A stretch of 32,000 nt of DNA from Erysipelothrix larvae (GCF_001545095.1 NZ_CP013213.1:2280001-2312000); one strand, 5' to 3'; counted from the stretch's first letter, positions 1 to 8,484 are shown. A program made the numbers and translations. The notes: generated by a model from the letters alone, not told the origin.

Positions 1-85
1 TTTGAGAACCAACCCAGATTGTCATTGACAGTATGATAACAAGAAACCCACCAACCATCCAAAATCGTCGTGATTTGTGTCTCAT
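1..85 (-). CDS. N-terminus of a membrane-anchored or secreted protein (partial, continues off the window)
   Basis: The reverse complement of 1..85 reads ATG at 85..83, then MRHKSRRFWMVGGFLVIILSMTIWVGSQ (basic N-terminus plus a hydrophobic helix). The SD-like AAGGTGGGGG lies about 8 nt upstream. Not in the ORF track because it is truncated. Confidence 0.45.
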   Translation of the reverse strand, partial: MRHKSRRFWMVGGFLVIILSMTIWVGSQ

Positions 86-221
86 ATATATTTCCCCCAC
101 CTTAAATATTCAACATCTTTGTTCAATTGTACCGAAATTATGACTCAATGTAAAATTGAAGGAACTAATAACGCATAAGAGTCAAACGGCGAGAGACGAT
201 GATTACAGGTGAGATTTACAC

Positions 222-1487
222 TTATTGGTTCTTAATGATGCGCATGAACCGATTGCAATAATGGATGTCAATGGTGCATGCAGAAACGTCTTGATTCTTC
301 ACGATTTTTTGGATGCCTTTGGACATGTAGAGGGTATCGAGTAGTTCTAATTCAACATAGGTATCAGAGGTACCTGAAACAAAGTTTGCACCACCAATAT
401 CGATTGAGAATTGATCCGTTGTGAGAACCATACTAAATTCAGGCTTATACTGTTTAAAGAAACCGTCCGTAAAACCAACTGAAACACGATTGACAGATGC
501 CACATCAACGTGTGTTCCACGTGGGTTGAGTGCAGAGAAGCGAACAATCGATCCATCTACGTTTACCACACTGACGCTGGTGAAAAAGATGTAGAGAAAT
601 ATAAGGTTAAAACTAACCACGATTGTCCAATATTTACATATGACTTTAAAACATTCGTTGAAGATTTCAAAGTCCATGTCTTTTTTATGACTGTAGTATA
701 CCCCGAAGATAATCACGAGCACTTGAATCACAGTGAATCCAATAAATGCATGGTTTAGATACAGGATGTTGTGTGTATATAAGATACTTTGTGGCGTTAA
801 GATGAGTTTTTCTTGAATCAATGTTGCGATGATAAAAATAGCGAAAACCACAATCAGTGCCACCACAAATAGTACAATACTTACCAATGAATTTGATCGT
901 TGAAGTTTTGGATTTCGATTCTTATAATAATTCACCCAGATTACAGTTAGCAAGATGGTGGTAAAGAGTGCAAATGGTACAAGCAATTGTTGGTTAGAAA
1001 AGGTCACATCCGTATACGTAACTAAGATTAACCCTAAAACAGGACCTGAGAGGATGAGTGTACTGATGATTGTTGAGAATAGACTTGGTGATTTGATGTA
1101 ATCTATCAATTCGAACAAATCTTCATCATGAAGGGTTTCAATAATGTGTTCTGATTGATCAAAGAGCGCTTCATAAGAAGACTCGTTAAGGACATCAAAA
1201 AGCAACCTTTTTTTCTCGTCTTCTTTTTGCATTTTCTCAAACTCATGTTTATATTGATTCATAACAGTGTGCCATAACTCTGGATTTTCCATGACACGCT
1301 TAATATCTTCAATGCTGATTGATACATATCGCATTAATCGGATCGCATTGAGTTTTTTTACATCTGACTGGGTGTACTCTCGATACCTATTATCTTTACG
1401 CTTGATACGGATCAGCCCGATTGATTCGTAATAACGAATCGTTTTGTCTGAAAGCTGTGTTCGTTTTGATACCTCTTGTATATTCAT
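222..1487 (-). CDS. MerR-family transcriptional regulator fused to a multi-pass membrane domain and a ~110-aa C-terminal domain
   Basis: The N-terminus MNIQEVSKRTQLSDKTIRYYESIGLIRIKRKDNRYREYTQSDVKKLNAIRLMRY is a classic MerR HTH, followed by a helical linker. About five hydrophobic segments follow (LFSTIISTLILSGPVLGLILVTY, LLVPFALFTTILLTVIWVNYY, LVSIVLFVVALIVVFAIFIIATLI, AFIGFTVIQVLVIIFGVYY, YWTIVVSFNLIFLYIFFTSVSVV), then a soluble tail. SD GAGGTG precedes the ATG. Confidence 0.85.
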   Translation of the reverse strand: MNIQEVSKRTQLSDKTIRYYESIGLIRIKRKDNRYREYTQSDVKKLNAIRLMRYVSISIEDIKRVMENPELWHTVMNQYKHEFEKMQKEDEKKRLLFDVLNESSYEALFDQSEHIIETLHDEDLFELIDYIKSPSLFSTIISTLILSGPVLGLILVTYTDVTFSNQQLLVPFALFTTILLTVIWVNYYKNRNPKLQRSNSLVSIVLFVVALIVVFAIFIIATLIQEKLILTPQSILYTHNILYLNHAFIGFTVIQVLVIIFGVYYSHKKDMDFEIFNECFKVICKYWTIVVSFNLIFLYIFFTSVSVVNVDGSIVRFSALNPRGTHVDVASVNRVSVGFTDGFFKQYKPEFSMVLTTDQFSIDIGGANFVSGTSDTYVELELLDTLYMSKGIQKIVKNQDVSACTIDIHYCNRFMRIIKNQ

Positions 1488-1505
1488 GCGATCACCTCTT
1501 AATCC

Positions 1506-1536
1506 ATTATAAAGGTTATAGTCCCTAGAGGGTCAA
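1506..1536 (-). promoter_or_regulatory. Sigma-A type promoter with a 19-bp spacer (MerR-type architecture) upstream of the MerR gene
   Basis: The minus strand reads TTGACC (1536..1531), then CTCTAGGGACTATAACCTT (19 nt), then TATAAT (1511..1506). The imperfect dyad GACCCTCTAGGGAC overlaps the -35 box. Confidence 0.6.
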
Positions 1537-1548
1537 GCAAAATATAAA

Positions 1549-1586
1549 AAAAACACGCATTAGATAATGAATTATCGTCAAACGTG
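1549..1586 (-). terminator. Weak candidate intrinsic terminator after the cupin gene
   Basis: On the minus strand, ACACG, a ~25-nt loop and CGTGT are followed by TTTTTTTT. The stem is short and the loop long, so confidence is low. Confidence 0.3.
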
Positions 1587-1599
1587 TCGGTACCACTAA

Positions 1600-2037
1600 T
1601 TAAAGTGCATCATAATCTTCTTGGGAAACAACTTCAAGCCATTCGTTGTATGCTTCAACACCTGGGATGGCATACGCTAAGTGTGAGAACCAACTGTCTT
1701 TTTTGGCACCATGCCAATGCTTCACACCACTTGCGATTGTGATAATCATGCCTTCATGTAAACTTATTGCTTCTTTACCCGCTTCTTGATACCATCCTTC
1801 TCCAAAGGTACAGATTAACATTTGTCCTCCGCCTGATTGAGCATGGTGGATATGCCAGTTATTTCGACATCCTGGCTCAAATGTAACATTGCTTACACCT
1901 GTTGGTTCACCTTTATGGTTATGGATGGGATTCAAGAATGAATCTTTCGTAAAGTATGCTTTATAGGCTTCATTGTATGCACCCACTCCAAAGGTATCCA
2001 CTTTAGTAAAAACGTCTTTATCCATATACTTCATCAT
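1600..2037 (-). CDS. Cupin-domain protein (cupin_2 type, function unknown)
   Basis: Motifs WHIHHAQSGGGQMLICTFGEGWYQ and GVKHWHGA are typical of small bacterial cupins. The start was trimmed from the track ORF (2154) to ATG at 2037, which sits 3 nt downstream of AAGGAGG. The longer reading has no RBS and would run through the promoter. Confidence 0.8.
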   Translation of the reverse strand: MMKYMDKDVFTKVDTFGVGAYNEAYKAYFTKDSFLNPIHNHKGEPTGVSNVTFEPGCRNNWHIHHAQSGGGQMLICTFGEGWYQEAGKEAISLHEGMIITIASGVKHWHGAKKDSWFSHLAYAIPGVEAYNEWLEVVSQEDYDAL

Positions 2038-2080
2038 AAACCTCCTTAAGTTACTCTTAATGAGTATGGCTGTTGTAACT

Positions 2081-2117
2081 AGTATAAACCCTTGAGTCTG
2101 CTCTAAGTCAAGGGTTT
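2081..2117 (-). promoter_or_regulatory. Second 19-bp-spacer promoter with a 10-bp-arm perfect palindrome, upstream of the cupin gene
   Basis: The minus strand reads TTGACT (2111..2106), then TAGAGCAGACTCAAGGGTT (19 nt), then TATACT (2086..2081). The palindrome AAACCCTTGA-N12-TCAAGGGTTT (2086..2117) covers the -35 box and reaches the -10 box. Confidence 0.6.
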
Positions 2118-2267
2118 GTCCGCAATCATTTTCATGTAATCCGTTAATTGGCATAGGTTGAATGTTTTCAATACAGATACTTCTTTACTATCAACTTAGC
2201 AAGTATTTTAGTGTATAATGATTGGTAACTAAAGGAAGTAAGTACAGATACACTTAAAGGGGATGCT

Positions 2268-4307
2268 ATGAAACGATTAAGAAAATTAATCTATGCAATG
2301 ATTACGGTTGTTGTATTAGTTGGTATTACAAGTTGTTCGAGCTCGGAGTATGACTTCGCCCGAATTACTGGCCTCGATTACTCCGCCGTAGTTGTGGATG
2401 AAGCGGGTAGTAATGGTAAAGTTGTCATCACAGAACAACTCACTTTTGATATTCATGCTGCAGACGAAGACAATGGATTTTGGGAACTTTGGCGTGAACT
2501 GCCTGAGTCCTATGTTGATGGTGTTAAAGTGGAGTACAATGTGATATCCGTGAAACAAATCTTTGAGGATGGCTCAGTTCAAGTCTTTGAAGAAAGTCCG
2601 AAGCTCTATTGGGATGATGAAGACTTTGTGGGTTATGACGGCAAGTATGGACCTGGAAAATGGTTCCACAGCAAGGGGCCATATGATGGCTATACTAACT
2701 TCGAATGCCTCTTAATCTATGTAGATGGTTTATACCGCGAAACACCTGTGTTTGAAATTCAATATGAAATGTCAAATGCAGCCCTTCGTTACAACGATGC
2801 TTCTGAACTATACCTGTCCCTGTATTATGGTGATTCAATCAACTATCTGGACTCAGTAAAAGGGGAAATCCTTTTCCCGCTTGATAAGATGCCACGTGAG
2901 GGGAACTATGAGGCATTTACGTATGGTACCAATGCACATGAATTCCCATTTGAAGAATCCACATCAAAAAACGAAGGATATCATACATTCTTCTTTGAAC
3001 TCGATGAATCGCAATTAACTTTCAAATCTTTCAATCAATATATTGAGTTTGCACTTATAGCCTTTGGTGAAGACCGTCATGTCTTTACTCAATTCGCTTC
3101 GCAAAACAATTACTTTGACCAAGACATGCTCCCAAGTATTCGGGCAGCACAAGCTGAGTTTGAACAATTACCAATTGTTGCGGCACAAAATAGAATGAAG
3201 CTCTTTGTTGGATCAATCATTGGGACATTTGGTGTGATGATCCTTGCACTCTTCATCAACTTTATTGTCAAGAAAACAAATCCGATGTACAAACCTTCAA
3301 TGCATATTGATTACTTCAGAGATATCCCGAATGATTTAGATGCAAACTTCGCACGTAAGCTTGTCTTTGCGAAAACTTATACTAAAGATAACATTGGTGA
3401 TGGCTATGCAGCGGCTATGTTAAGCCTCGTGCATAAAGGGTATGTTGATGTAGAACAGATCAATCCTTCAAAGGGATGGAGTCAAAAGAATGTCAAGATT
3501 CATGTTCGCAATGACGTACCGAATGAATCACAGATAAACCCCGTTCAAAAACCGGTGCTTTCACCTGTAGAAGAACGCTACTTCAACTTAATATTAAGGC
3601 ATGCAAAAAGTGGAGAAATCACACAACAAGCATTCCAAAATAAAATCTCTAGCGACTATGAATACACCAATCGTTTTGTACAGGATGTGAAAACATCAAC
3701 CGATCGTATTGGTATCGTTGACGGTTACTTTAAAAACAAGAATTACAAGTCACCGAAATATACCATGTTGGGCTTTGCAATTACCTTTGTGGTAATTGGA
3801 ATCCTTGTGATGATTATCGGAAACCTTTCAATCTATCAAACACGATTGGAGTTAGCATATGGTGCCTTCTTCATTCTCGGATTTGGCTTTATCCTATCTG
3901 GCTTGTATATGGCATTTGTATCCCGTAACTATATTCTTCTCACCCAGTTTGGTCAAGACGAATATGAAAAATGGCATGGTCTGTATAAGTTCTTAAACAG
4001 CGAAACCTTGATGAAAGAACGGACGATATTGGAACTTGCTCTTTGGGAAAAATACTTAATCTATGCAACAGCATTTGGTATCTCTGAGAAAGTCGTGAAG
4101 GCTCTTGAGATACGATGTCCAGAAGCAGTCATGAATTCAAGTCCAATACTTAGAAACCCGCACTTTAGAACACGTGCATTCTATGCTACAAGTAGAAATT
4201 CATTCAGCAGTGCAACGCGTTCTGCTTCATTCACAGCCCGAAGCGGAGGCCATGGTGGTTATGGTGGCGGAGGCCGTGGAGGCGGTGGCGGTGGCGGTGG
4301 TCACTAA
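2268..4307 (+). CDS. DUF2207-family membrane lipoprotein with a glycine-rich C-terminal tail
   Basis: Signal peptide with lipobox (VLVGITS-C). A large extracytoplasmic domain is followed by internal TM helices (LFVGSIIGTFGVMILALFINFIV, MLGFAITFVVIGILVMIIG, AFFILGFGFILSGLYMAFV). The tail SGGHGGYGGGGRGGGGGGGGH is characteristic of DUF2207 proteins, which usually neighbour LemA. Confidence 0.8.
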   Translation: MKRLRKLIYAMITVVVLVGITSCSSSEYDFARITGLDYSAVVVDEAGSNGKVVITEQLTFDIHAADEDNGFWELWRELPESYVDGVKVEYNVISVKQIFEDGSVQVFEESPKLYWDDEDFVGYDGKYGPGKWFHSKGPYDGYTNFECLLIYVDGLYRETPVFEIQYEMSNAALRYNDASELYLSLYYGDSINYLDSVKGEILFPLDKMPREGNYEAFTYGTNAHEFPFEESTSKNEGYHTFFFELDESQLTFKSFNQYIEFALIAFGEDRHVFTQFASQNNYFDQDMLPSIRAAQAEFEQLPIVAAQNRMKLFVGSIIGTFGVMILALFINFIVKKTNPMYKPSMHIDYFRDIPNDLDANFARKLVFAKTYTKDNIGDGYAAAMLSLVHKGYVDVEQINPSKGWSQKNVKIHVRNDVPNESQINPVQKPVLSPVEERYFNLILRHAKSGEITQQAFQNKISSDYEYTNRFVQDVKTSTDRIGIVDGYFKNKNYKSPKYTMLGFAITFVVIGILVMIIGNLSIYQTRLELAYGAFFILGFGFILSGLYMAFVSRNYILLTQFGQDEYEKWHGLYKFLNSETLMKERTILELALWEKYLIYATAFGISEKVVKALEIRCPEAVMNSSPILRNPHFRTRAFYATSRNSFSSATRSASFTARSGGHGGYGGGGRGGGGGGGGH

Positions 4308-4323
4308 TACTCAAAACTAATTT

Positions 4324-4394
4324 AAAAACAAGGCGAATGACCTGTACCCATCTTTTTTAAGATTTGAAAGGTCAGTTTATAGCCTTGTTTTTTT
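4324..4394. terminator. Bidirectional intrinsic terminator between convergent genes
   Basis: Outer stem AAAAACAAGGC / GCCTTGTTTTT and inner stem TGACCT / AGGTCA. An A-run lies on the left and a T-run on the right, so it can terminate both the DUF2207 gene (+) and the 218-aa gene (-). Confidence 0.7.
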
Positions 4395-5049
4395 AATGGA
4401 AGTTGTCCTTCTTAGGTGGTTTGGGAATATCAATGACTTTCGGTGCATCATAACCATCCGTAATATATATCGTGATTCCTTTCTTTTGAAACTCATAGAA
4501 TATCTTCGCAAGATCTCGTTGTAGTTTCTCAGATCGTATAATAATCTTATCAATACCCTGTTGCTTAAAATATTGCGGCGATGGGATGTCTTGATTGTAT
4601 AAGTCCCAACTGTTATCAAATATAGAAGCGTTCATCTTGTAACGAAGCATTCGATTCGTATCAATCATGAATACAGGTGGCGCATCATGCCTTATGGTTA
4701 AAGTTTCTAGGTAGGGTGTTCCCCATATAAGTGCATGTTGGATATCCGCATTATCAACCAGTGACATTGCTTGGTCTTGTTGTGTTGTACCATTATAAAG
4801 TACAATGGGCCGATACCCTAGGGTTGCGCACGCCAACCCTTCTAAAACACCTTCATAGCTTGGCATATCAAGGAGTATTGCTGTATCCTTTTTGAGCGTT
4901 TCAATGTAGTGAATCTTTGGGATTGAAAAATTGACGTTAAGTGTGTCCTTTGCTCGTTCACTCAATCCGATAAATAGAACAGGACGAACCCAATCAACCC
5001 ATCGCATACCAAAGGGTGCCCATCGTTTATAATAGTCTTTATCGTTCAT
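4393..5049 (-). CDS. Hypothetical cytosolic protein (218 aa), translationally coupled partner of the ATP-grasp ligase
   Basis: The SD AAGGGG lies inside the end of the upstream gene, with only 2 nt between the upstream stop and this ATG. There is no signal peptide or TM helix. The alternating hydrophobic-strand/helix pattern (TAILLDMPSYEGVLEGLACATLGYRPIVLYNG, DKIIIRSEK...GITIYITDG) suggests an alpha/beta fold. I recognise no family motif. Confidence 0.7.
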   Translation of the reverse strand: MNDKDYYKRWAPFGMRWVDWVRPVLFIGLSERAKDTLNVNFSIPKIHYIETLKKDTAILLDMPSYEGVLEGLACATLGYRPIVLYNGTTQQDQAMSLVDNADIQHALIWGTPYLETLTIRHDAPPVFMIDTNRMLRYKMNASIFDNSWDLYNQDIPSPQYFKQQGIDKIIIRSEKLQRDLAKIFYEFQKKGITIYITDGYDAPKVIDIPKPPKKDNFH

Positions 5050-5051
5050 GA

Positions 5052-6260
5052 TTATTCCCCTTCAACCAAGACGGGTATGTCTTGGGCATGTGAATCAATC
5101 CGTGGTGACTCACTGATTCTTGCATAATACCCTGCACCTTTCCCATTGATGCTATAAGCACCAAGGCAGACATGATACGGTTTGTTTTCGTCATCAATTA
5201 ATGCTTTACTTTCAAATTTCTTTTGTGCAATATATCGCTTTGGATGTCTTCTAACGTCTTTCATGATTTTATCATACTCATCCCCACGACATGCTTCCTT
5301 TATGGTAATGCCTTCACCCACTCTTCCCCAAACGGGTTTATAGATGAACCCTTCTTTTCCTTTGGCCTCTCTAACTGTCACAGTTTCTGGAAGTAATTTC
5401 TTCCAAGTTGGTAGATCCACGCCTACTTGGGCTAAATCATCCCAGATAAGTGGAAACTGTTTGGATTGAGCAAATTCCGCAATTGGATGGTTGCATGAAG
5501 GTGTCAGTGTATTAAAGTAACCACCCCAATGTTTGGGTTTAATATCAATAAGCCATTCAAGTGGTGTAAACCGTATTATCCCATCTATTTTCCCTTCATG
5601 ATTATCAAGAATACTCATAGCTTGGGTATTCTCAAATTTTAAATGGTCAGCCGCACCATAGATAATGTCATAGCCTGAGGCTTTAAGTTGATCGCCTAAG
5701 AATTGCATGACTTGGCGATCATCACTATAAGAGGTACAATGGACCATCATAATCCGACCCCCTCGACGTACCTTTTCTTTGACAGCTTCTCCCATACGTT
5801 CACCAAAACTATGAACTGTGAATGTATGAGACGGGAAATATTTGGATGCAATTTGCGGCATCAGGGACGCTTCTGCAAAACCACCTGGAACATCACTATT
5901 AACTTCACTCAGTGCCCACCCACCTTGAACAACAGGATGAAAATCATAACGCATTAAGCGAATGTGCAGATGTGGATCATAGTTAGTCATGTTCTTAATG
6001 TCTTTTTTTATCTTACGCGACAACCCTAGTTTCTTGGTGAGATTCAGATTTTGATTGATGATTGTTTCAGCTTCAATCGTTTCTTTACTCAGACTTTCCG
6101 TCAGGGACTTAAGTTCTTGATGCTCTTGTTTACTTAAAACAAGAACATGTCGTGCAATGGTATTGTTATCAAGGAACTGAGGGTCCCATTTGTAGCCATC
6201 AAAAATAACATCGAGTCGATAATCCTCATATTGATCCTTTGGTATTGTTAATAGTTTCAT
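5052..6260 (-). CDS. Glutathionylspermidine-synthase-like ATP-grasp amidoligase (YgiC/YjfC-like, no CHAP amidase domain)
   Basis: Several segments parallel E. coli YgiC/YjfC motifs. These are RLMRYDFHPVVQGGWALSEVNSDVPGGFAEASL (R.D....G...L.E.N.D.P), FAQSKQFPLIWDDL, IYKPVWGRVGEGITI and LGAYSINGKGAGYYARISESPRIDSHAQDIPV. The start was trimmed from 6383 to ATG at 6260 (MKLLTIPKDQYEDY), which is preceded by AAAGGGG. Confidence 0.8.
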   Translation of the reverse strand: MKLLTIPKDQYEDYRLDVIFDGYKWDPQFLDNNTIARHVLVLSKQEHQELKSLTESLSKETIEAETIINQNLNLTKKLGLSRKIKKDIKNMTNYDPHLHIRLMRYDFHPVVQGGWALSEVNSDVPGGFAEASLMPQIASKYFPSHTFTVHSFGERMGEAVKEKVRRGGRIMMVHCTSYSDDRQVMQFLGDQLKASGYDIIYGAADHLKFENTQAMSILDNHEGKIDGIIRFTPLEWLIDIKPKHWGGYFNTLTPSCNHPIAEFAQSKQFPLIWDDLAQVGVDLPTWKKLLPETVTVREAKGKEGFIYKPVWGRVGEGITIKEACRGDEYDKIMKDVRRHPKRYIAQKKFESKALIDDENKPYHVCLGAYSINGKGAGYYARISESPRIDSHAQDIPVLVEGE

Positions 6261-6433
6261 GCATCTGCCCCTTTTTAGTAACACGTCTGTTTCAATACTA
6301 TCATTATACTTTAAGGGCATCAAAAAATGAAATGAAAATCCTTCATTTGTCTTTATCGGCAAGGTGAACAAAATGGTCTTCAAATTGTTTTTTATATGTA
6401 TTCGTGTTAGTATTTCTACAAAGGAGAAAACCT

Positions 6434-6985
6434 ATGGAACGCTATATTATTGGGGCAATACTATTCGCTCTTGCCATTTATGTTTTGGTTATGTACAACA
6501 GTCTTGTGAAACGTAGAAATATGGTTGAAAATCAAAAGAGTCAAATTGATGTTGAACTACAAAGACGCTTTGACCTCATTCCAAATCTTGTTGAGGTCGT
6601 TAAAGGGTATGCTGGTTATGAGAAAAATACATTAGAAGATGTCATCAGTGCACGAAACAACTACATACATACTAAAGACAATACTTCGGATGCACTTCAG
6701 TCAAATGCATCACTTTCTGGTGCTTTGTCTAGATTATTTGCGCTATCAGAAAGTTATCCTGACCTGAAGGCAAATAAGAACTTTCTTGACTTGCAAAGTG
6801 AATTATCAAATACTGAGAAGAAAATTGCGTACTCGCGTCAGTTTTACAATGACTCTGTTTACAGACTTAACAATAAGATTGATATGTTCCCTTCGAACAT
6901 TGTTGCAACCTTATTTAGGTTCAAGAAAGAAGCCTTCTTTGAGACCACTGATTCTCAACGGGCTAATGTCAATGTAACCCTATAA
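6434..6985 (+). CDS. lemA: LemA family membrane protein
   Basis: N-terminal TM anchor (YIIGAILFALAIYVLVMY) followed by YNSLVKRRNMVENQKSQIDVELQRRFDLIPNLVEVVKGYAGYEKNTLEDV and FYNDSVYRLNNKIDMFPSNIVA, typical LemA signatures. Start set to ATG at 6434, 7 nt after AAGGAG. Confidence 0.9.
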   Translation: MERYIIGAILFALAIYVLVMYNSLVKRRNMVENQKSQIDVELQRRFDLIPNLVEVVKGYAGYEKNTLEDVISARNNYIHTKDNTSDALQSNASLSGALSRLFALSESYPDLKANKNFLDLQSELSNTEKKIAYSRQFYNDSVYRLNNKIDMFPSNIVATLFRFKKEAFFETTDSQRANVNVTL

Positions 6986-7012
6986 CCGAAATAAATCGGT
7001 TCTTTAAAATTT
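6984..7012 (+). terminator. Candidate lemA terminator whose 3' stem half is supplied by the IS end
   Basis: AACCGA-aataaa-TCGGTT followed by CTTTAAAATTT. The last GGTT of the stem and the U-rich tail lie inside the ISL3 left inverted repeat, which begins at 6998. Confidence 0.4.
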
Positions 7013-8484
7013 GGTGTTGGTGGAGTTCAATCCATAGAATCTTAAGTTACAGTACTCACTATGATTTCTAGTGAGTACTTTTCATTTCTAATCTTACCAT
7101 AGTATTACAAATTAAGAGTACTCTTGTTCTAAAATTATCAAAGCTTCGATAACCGAAGGCAATCCGTTTAATTACTTTGATTAAATTATTGGTTCCTTCT
7201 AGACGACCGTTAGAGTGAGGATACTTTATTGCATTTGAGACTGATGTCTCATATTTTTTTAGCGTCTTAATTGCTTTTTTCATCTGGATTGAGATGTTCT
7301 TTGGAGGGTCATTCAGGATTTCTAAAAGTGAAGTTATATTTTTATTTCGGATTGCTTGAGTTAAGCGTTGATGTACCCAATACGTTTCCTCAAACGTCTT
7401 GTCAACTCTCAATAAATCATCGACGATCATTGATTCACTCATCAAGTGTTTATAACATCGATAGTGACGGCAGTCATTACTATCAAGCTTGAGATTATCT
7501 TTTAATATAAGCTTCCAATAGTTCTTCAGTTTTGTCTTTGAGTCTGGTGTATCATTCATGACCGATACACGTGTCGAATTGAGTGCGCGATTCAAGTGCT
7601 GAACGATATGGAAACGATCCGTAATGATTTCAGCATTATGGAAACATGATTTGATAAGTTGAATATACGGCTCATACATATCAATTGAAATGGTTTTAAC
7701 TTAATCACGGACTTCCTTTGGATATGTGTTGAAATAGCTCTTTAAATGGCCTAACAGCCTGTTTTGCACGATGTCGAGCACGTTCCCAGAGTCTGCATCC
7801 ATATAAATGAATGACATTTTACCTTTTACAGATTTGACGGATCTAAACTCATCAAATGCAAGGTGTTCAGGAAGGGACAATAGAGAGACAACAAAATCTT
7901 CACGAATGTTTCCCAGCCAATTATTGACTGTTGTATGAGAGATATTTAAACTCTTTGCAATATCTTTTACAGAACGTTTGGACTTCAATTCAAGTATCGC
8001 TGCATGAAAAGTATTTGTTGATATTGAATGATTTGGTTTTACACATGTAGTTTCAGCGATTGTACCTTTATTGCATTTCTTACAACAAAACCGAGGTTTC
8101 TTTAGTCTGAGAATTGTCGGAGTATTTGATGCATTTGGTAGTTTAATAGAAACAGTCTTTATCCCATTTTTATAAATTGAGTGATTCTCATTGATACACC
8201 CACAGTGTACACAATGAGGAGGCGTGTTTACAGACAGTATTGCTTTGCATATATGAGCGGTTTTACCCTTAACTGTTTCTTGAGAAACACAATTATCTGA
8301 AAAAATGATGTTTGGGTCTTTAATATTTAAGAGCGAACGTATACAATTAGAGATGGACATAGATTTGTTCCTTTCTTGTGTGTAGTAACTTAAGTATAAG
8401 GTAAATCTATGTCTTTTTCTATTGTCTGATTAACATTAAAAAAGATGTTGATGATTTCTCACCAACACCAGAATTTCAAGAACC
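6998..8484 (-). mobile_element. ISL3-family insertion sequence, decayed copy (no target-site duplication seen)
   Basis: Terminal inverted repeats GGTTCTTTAAAATTTGGTGTTGGTG (6998..7022) and the reverse complement of 8460..8484 (GGTTCTTGAAATTCTGGTGTTGGTG) match at 22 of 25 positions. They enclose an ISL3-type transposase reading frame. The flanking 8-mers AATAAATC and TGCGAAAT differ. Confidence 0.8.
7068..8360 (-). pseudogene. ISL3 transposase interrupted by a single in-frame TAA
   Basis: Track ORFs 7701..8360 (zinc-finger plus HTH N-terminal part) and 7068..7679 (DDE part, DRFHIVQHLN) are in the same frame, since 1293 nt equals 431 codons. The only break is TAA at 7701..7703, and the reading continues ...YPKEVRD*VKTISIDMYEPY. 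Confidence 0.8.

Noticed and set aside
347-758. Track ORFs 347..556(-) and 510..758(+), nested in the MerR gene. The same applies to similar short ORFs elsewhere: 2316..2558, 3110..3292, 4377..4619, 5703..5957, 6786..6977, 7271..7492, 10409..10713, 11383..11595, 11927..12115, 12169..12378, 12538..12726, 12813..13061, 13728..14420, 14901..15122, 16162..16371, 16535..16777, 17946..18164, 18634..18882, 19423..19617, 23368..24522, 24817..25035, 26342..26527, 28536..29043, 29560..30207.
   Set aside because: All lie inside, antisense to, or out of frame with longer ORFs that have clear family motifs and proper ribosome-binding sites. They lack SD sequences and have low-complexity or odd compositions typical of shadow ORFs in AT-rich DNA.
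1600-2154. Long N-terminal extensions in the ORF track (1600..2154, 5052..6383, 6404.., 11073..12089, 15687..16565, 16510..17382, 24842.., 26841..28349)
   Set aside because: In each case an internal ATG sits 5-10 nt downstream of a GGAGG-like SD and matches where homologous families begin. The extended versions run through promoters, RBSs or the upstream gene.
4255-4304. GGTGGC/GGCGGT codon repeat in the DUF2207 tail as a slippage-prone phase-variation tract
   Set aside because: Glycine-rich C-termini are a normal family feature of DUF2207 proteins. The repeat is in-frame hexanucleotide-like and short, so it would at most give length variation. Nothing supports on/off switching.
7680-7703. 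Programmed frameshift or stop-codon readthrough in the first ISL3 transposase
   Set aside because: The break is an in-frame TAA, not a frameshift. ISL3 transposases are normally single ORFs, TAA is used as an ordinary stop throughout the window, and no slippery or readthrough context is evident. A nonsense pseudogene is the simpler reading.
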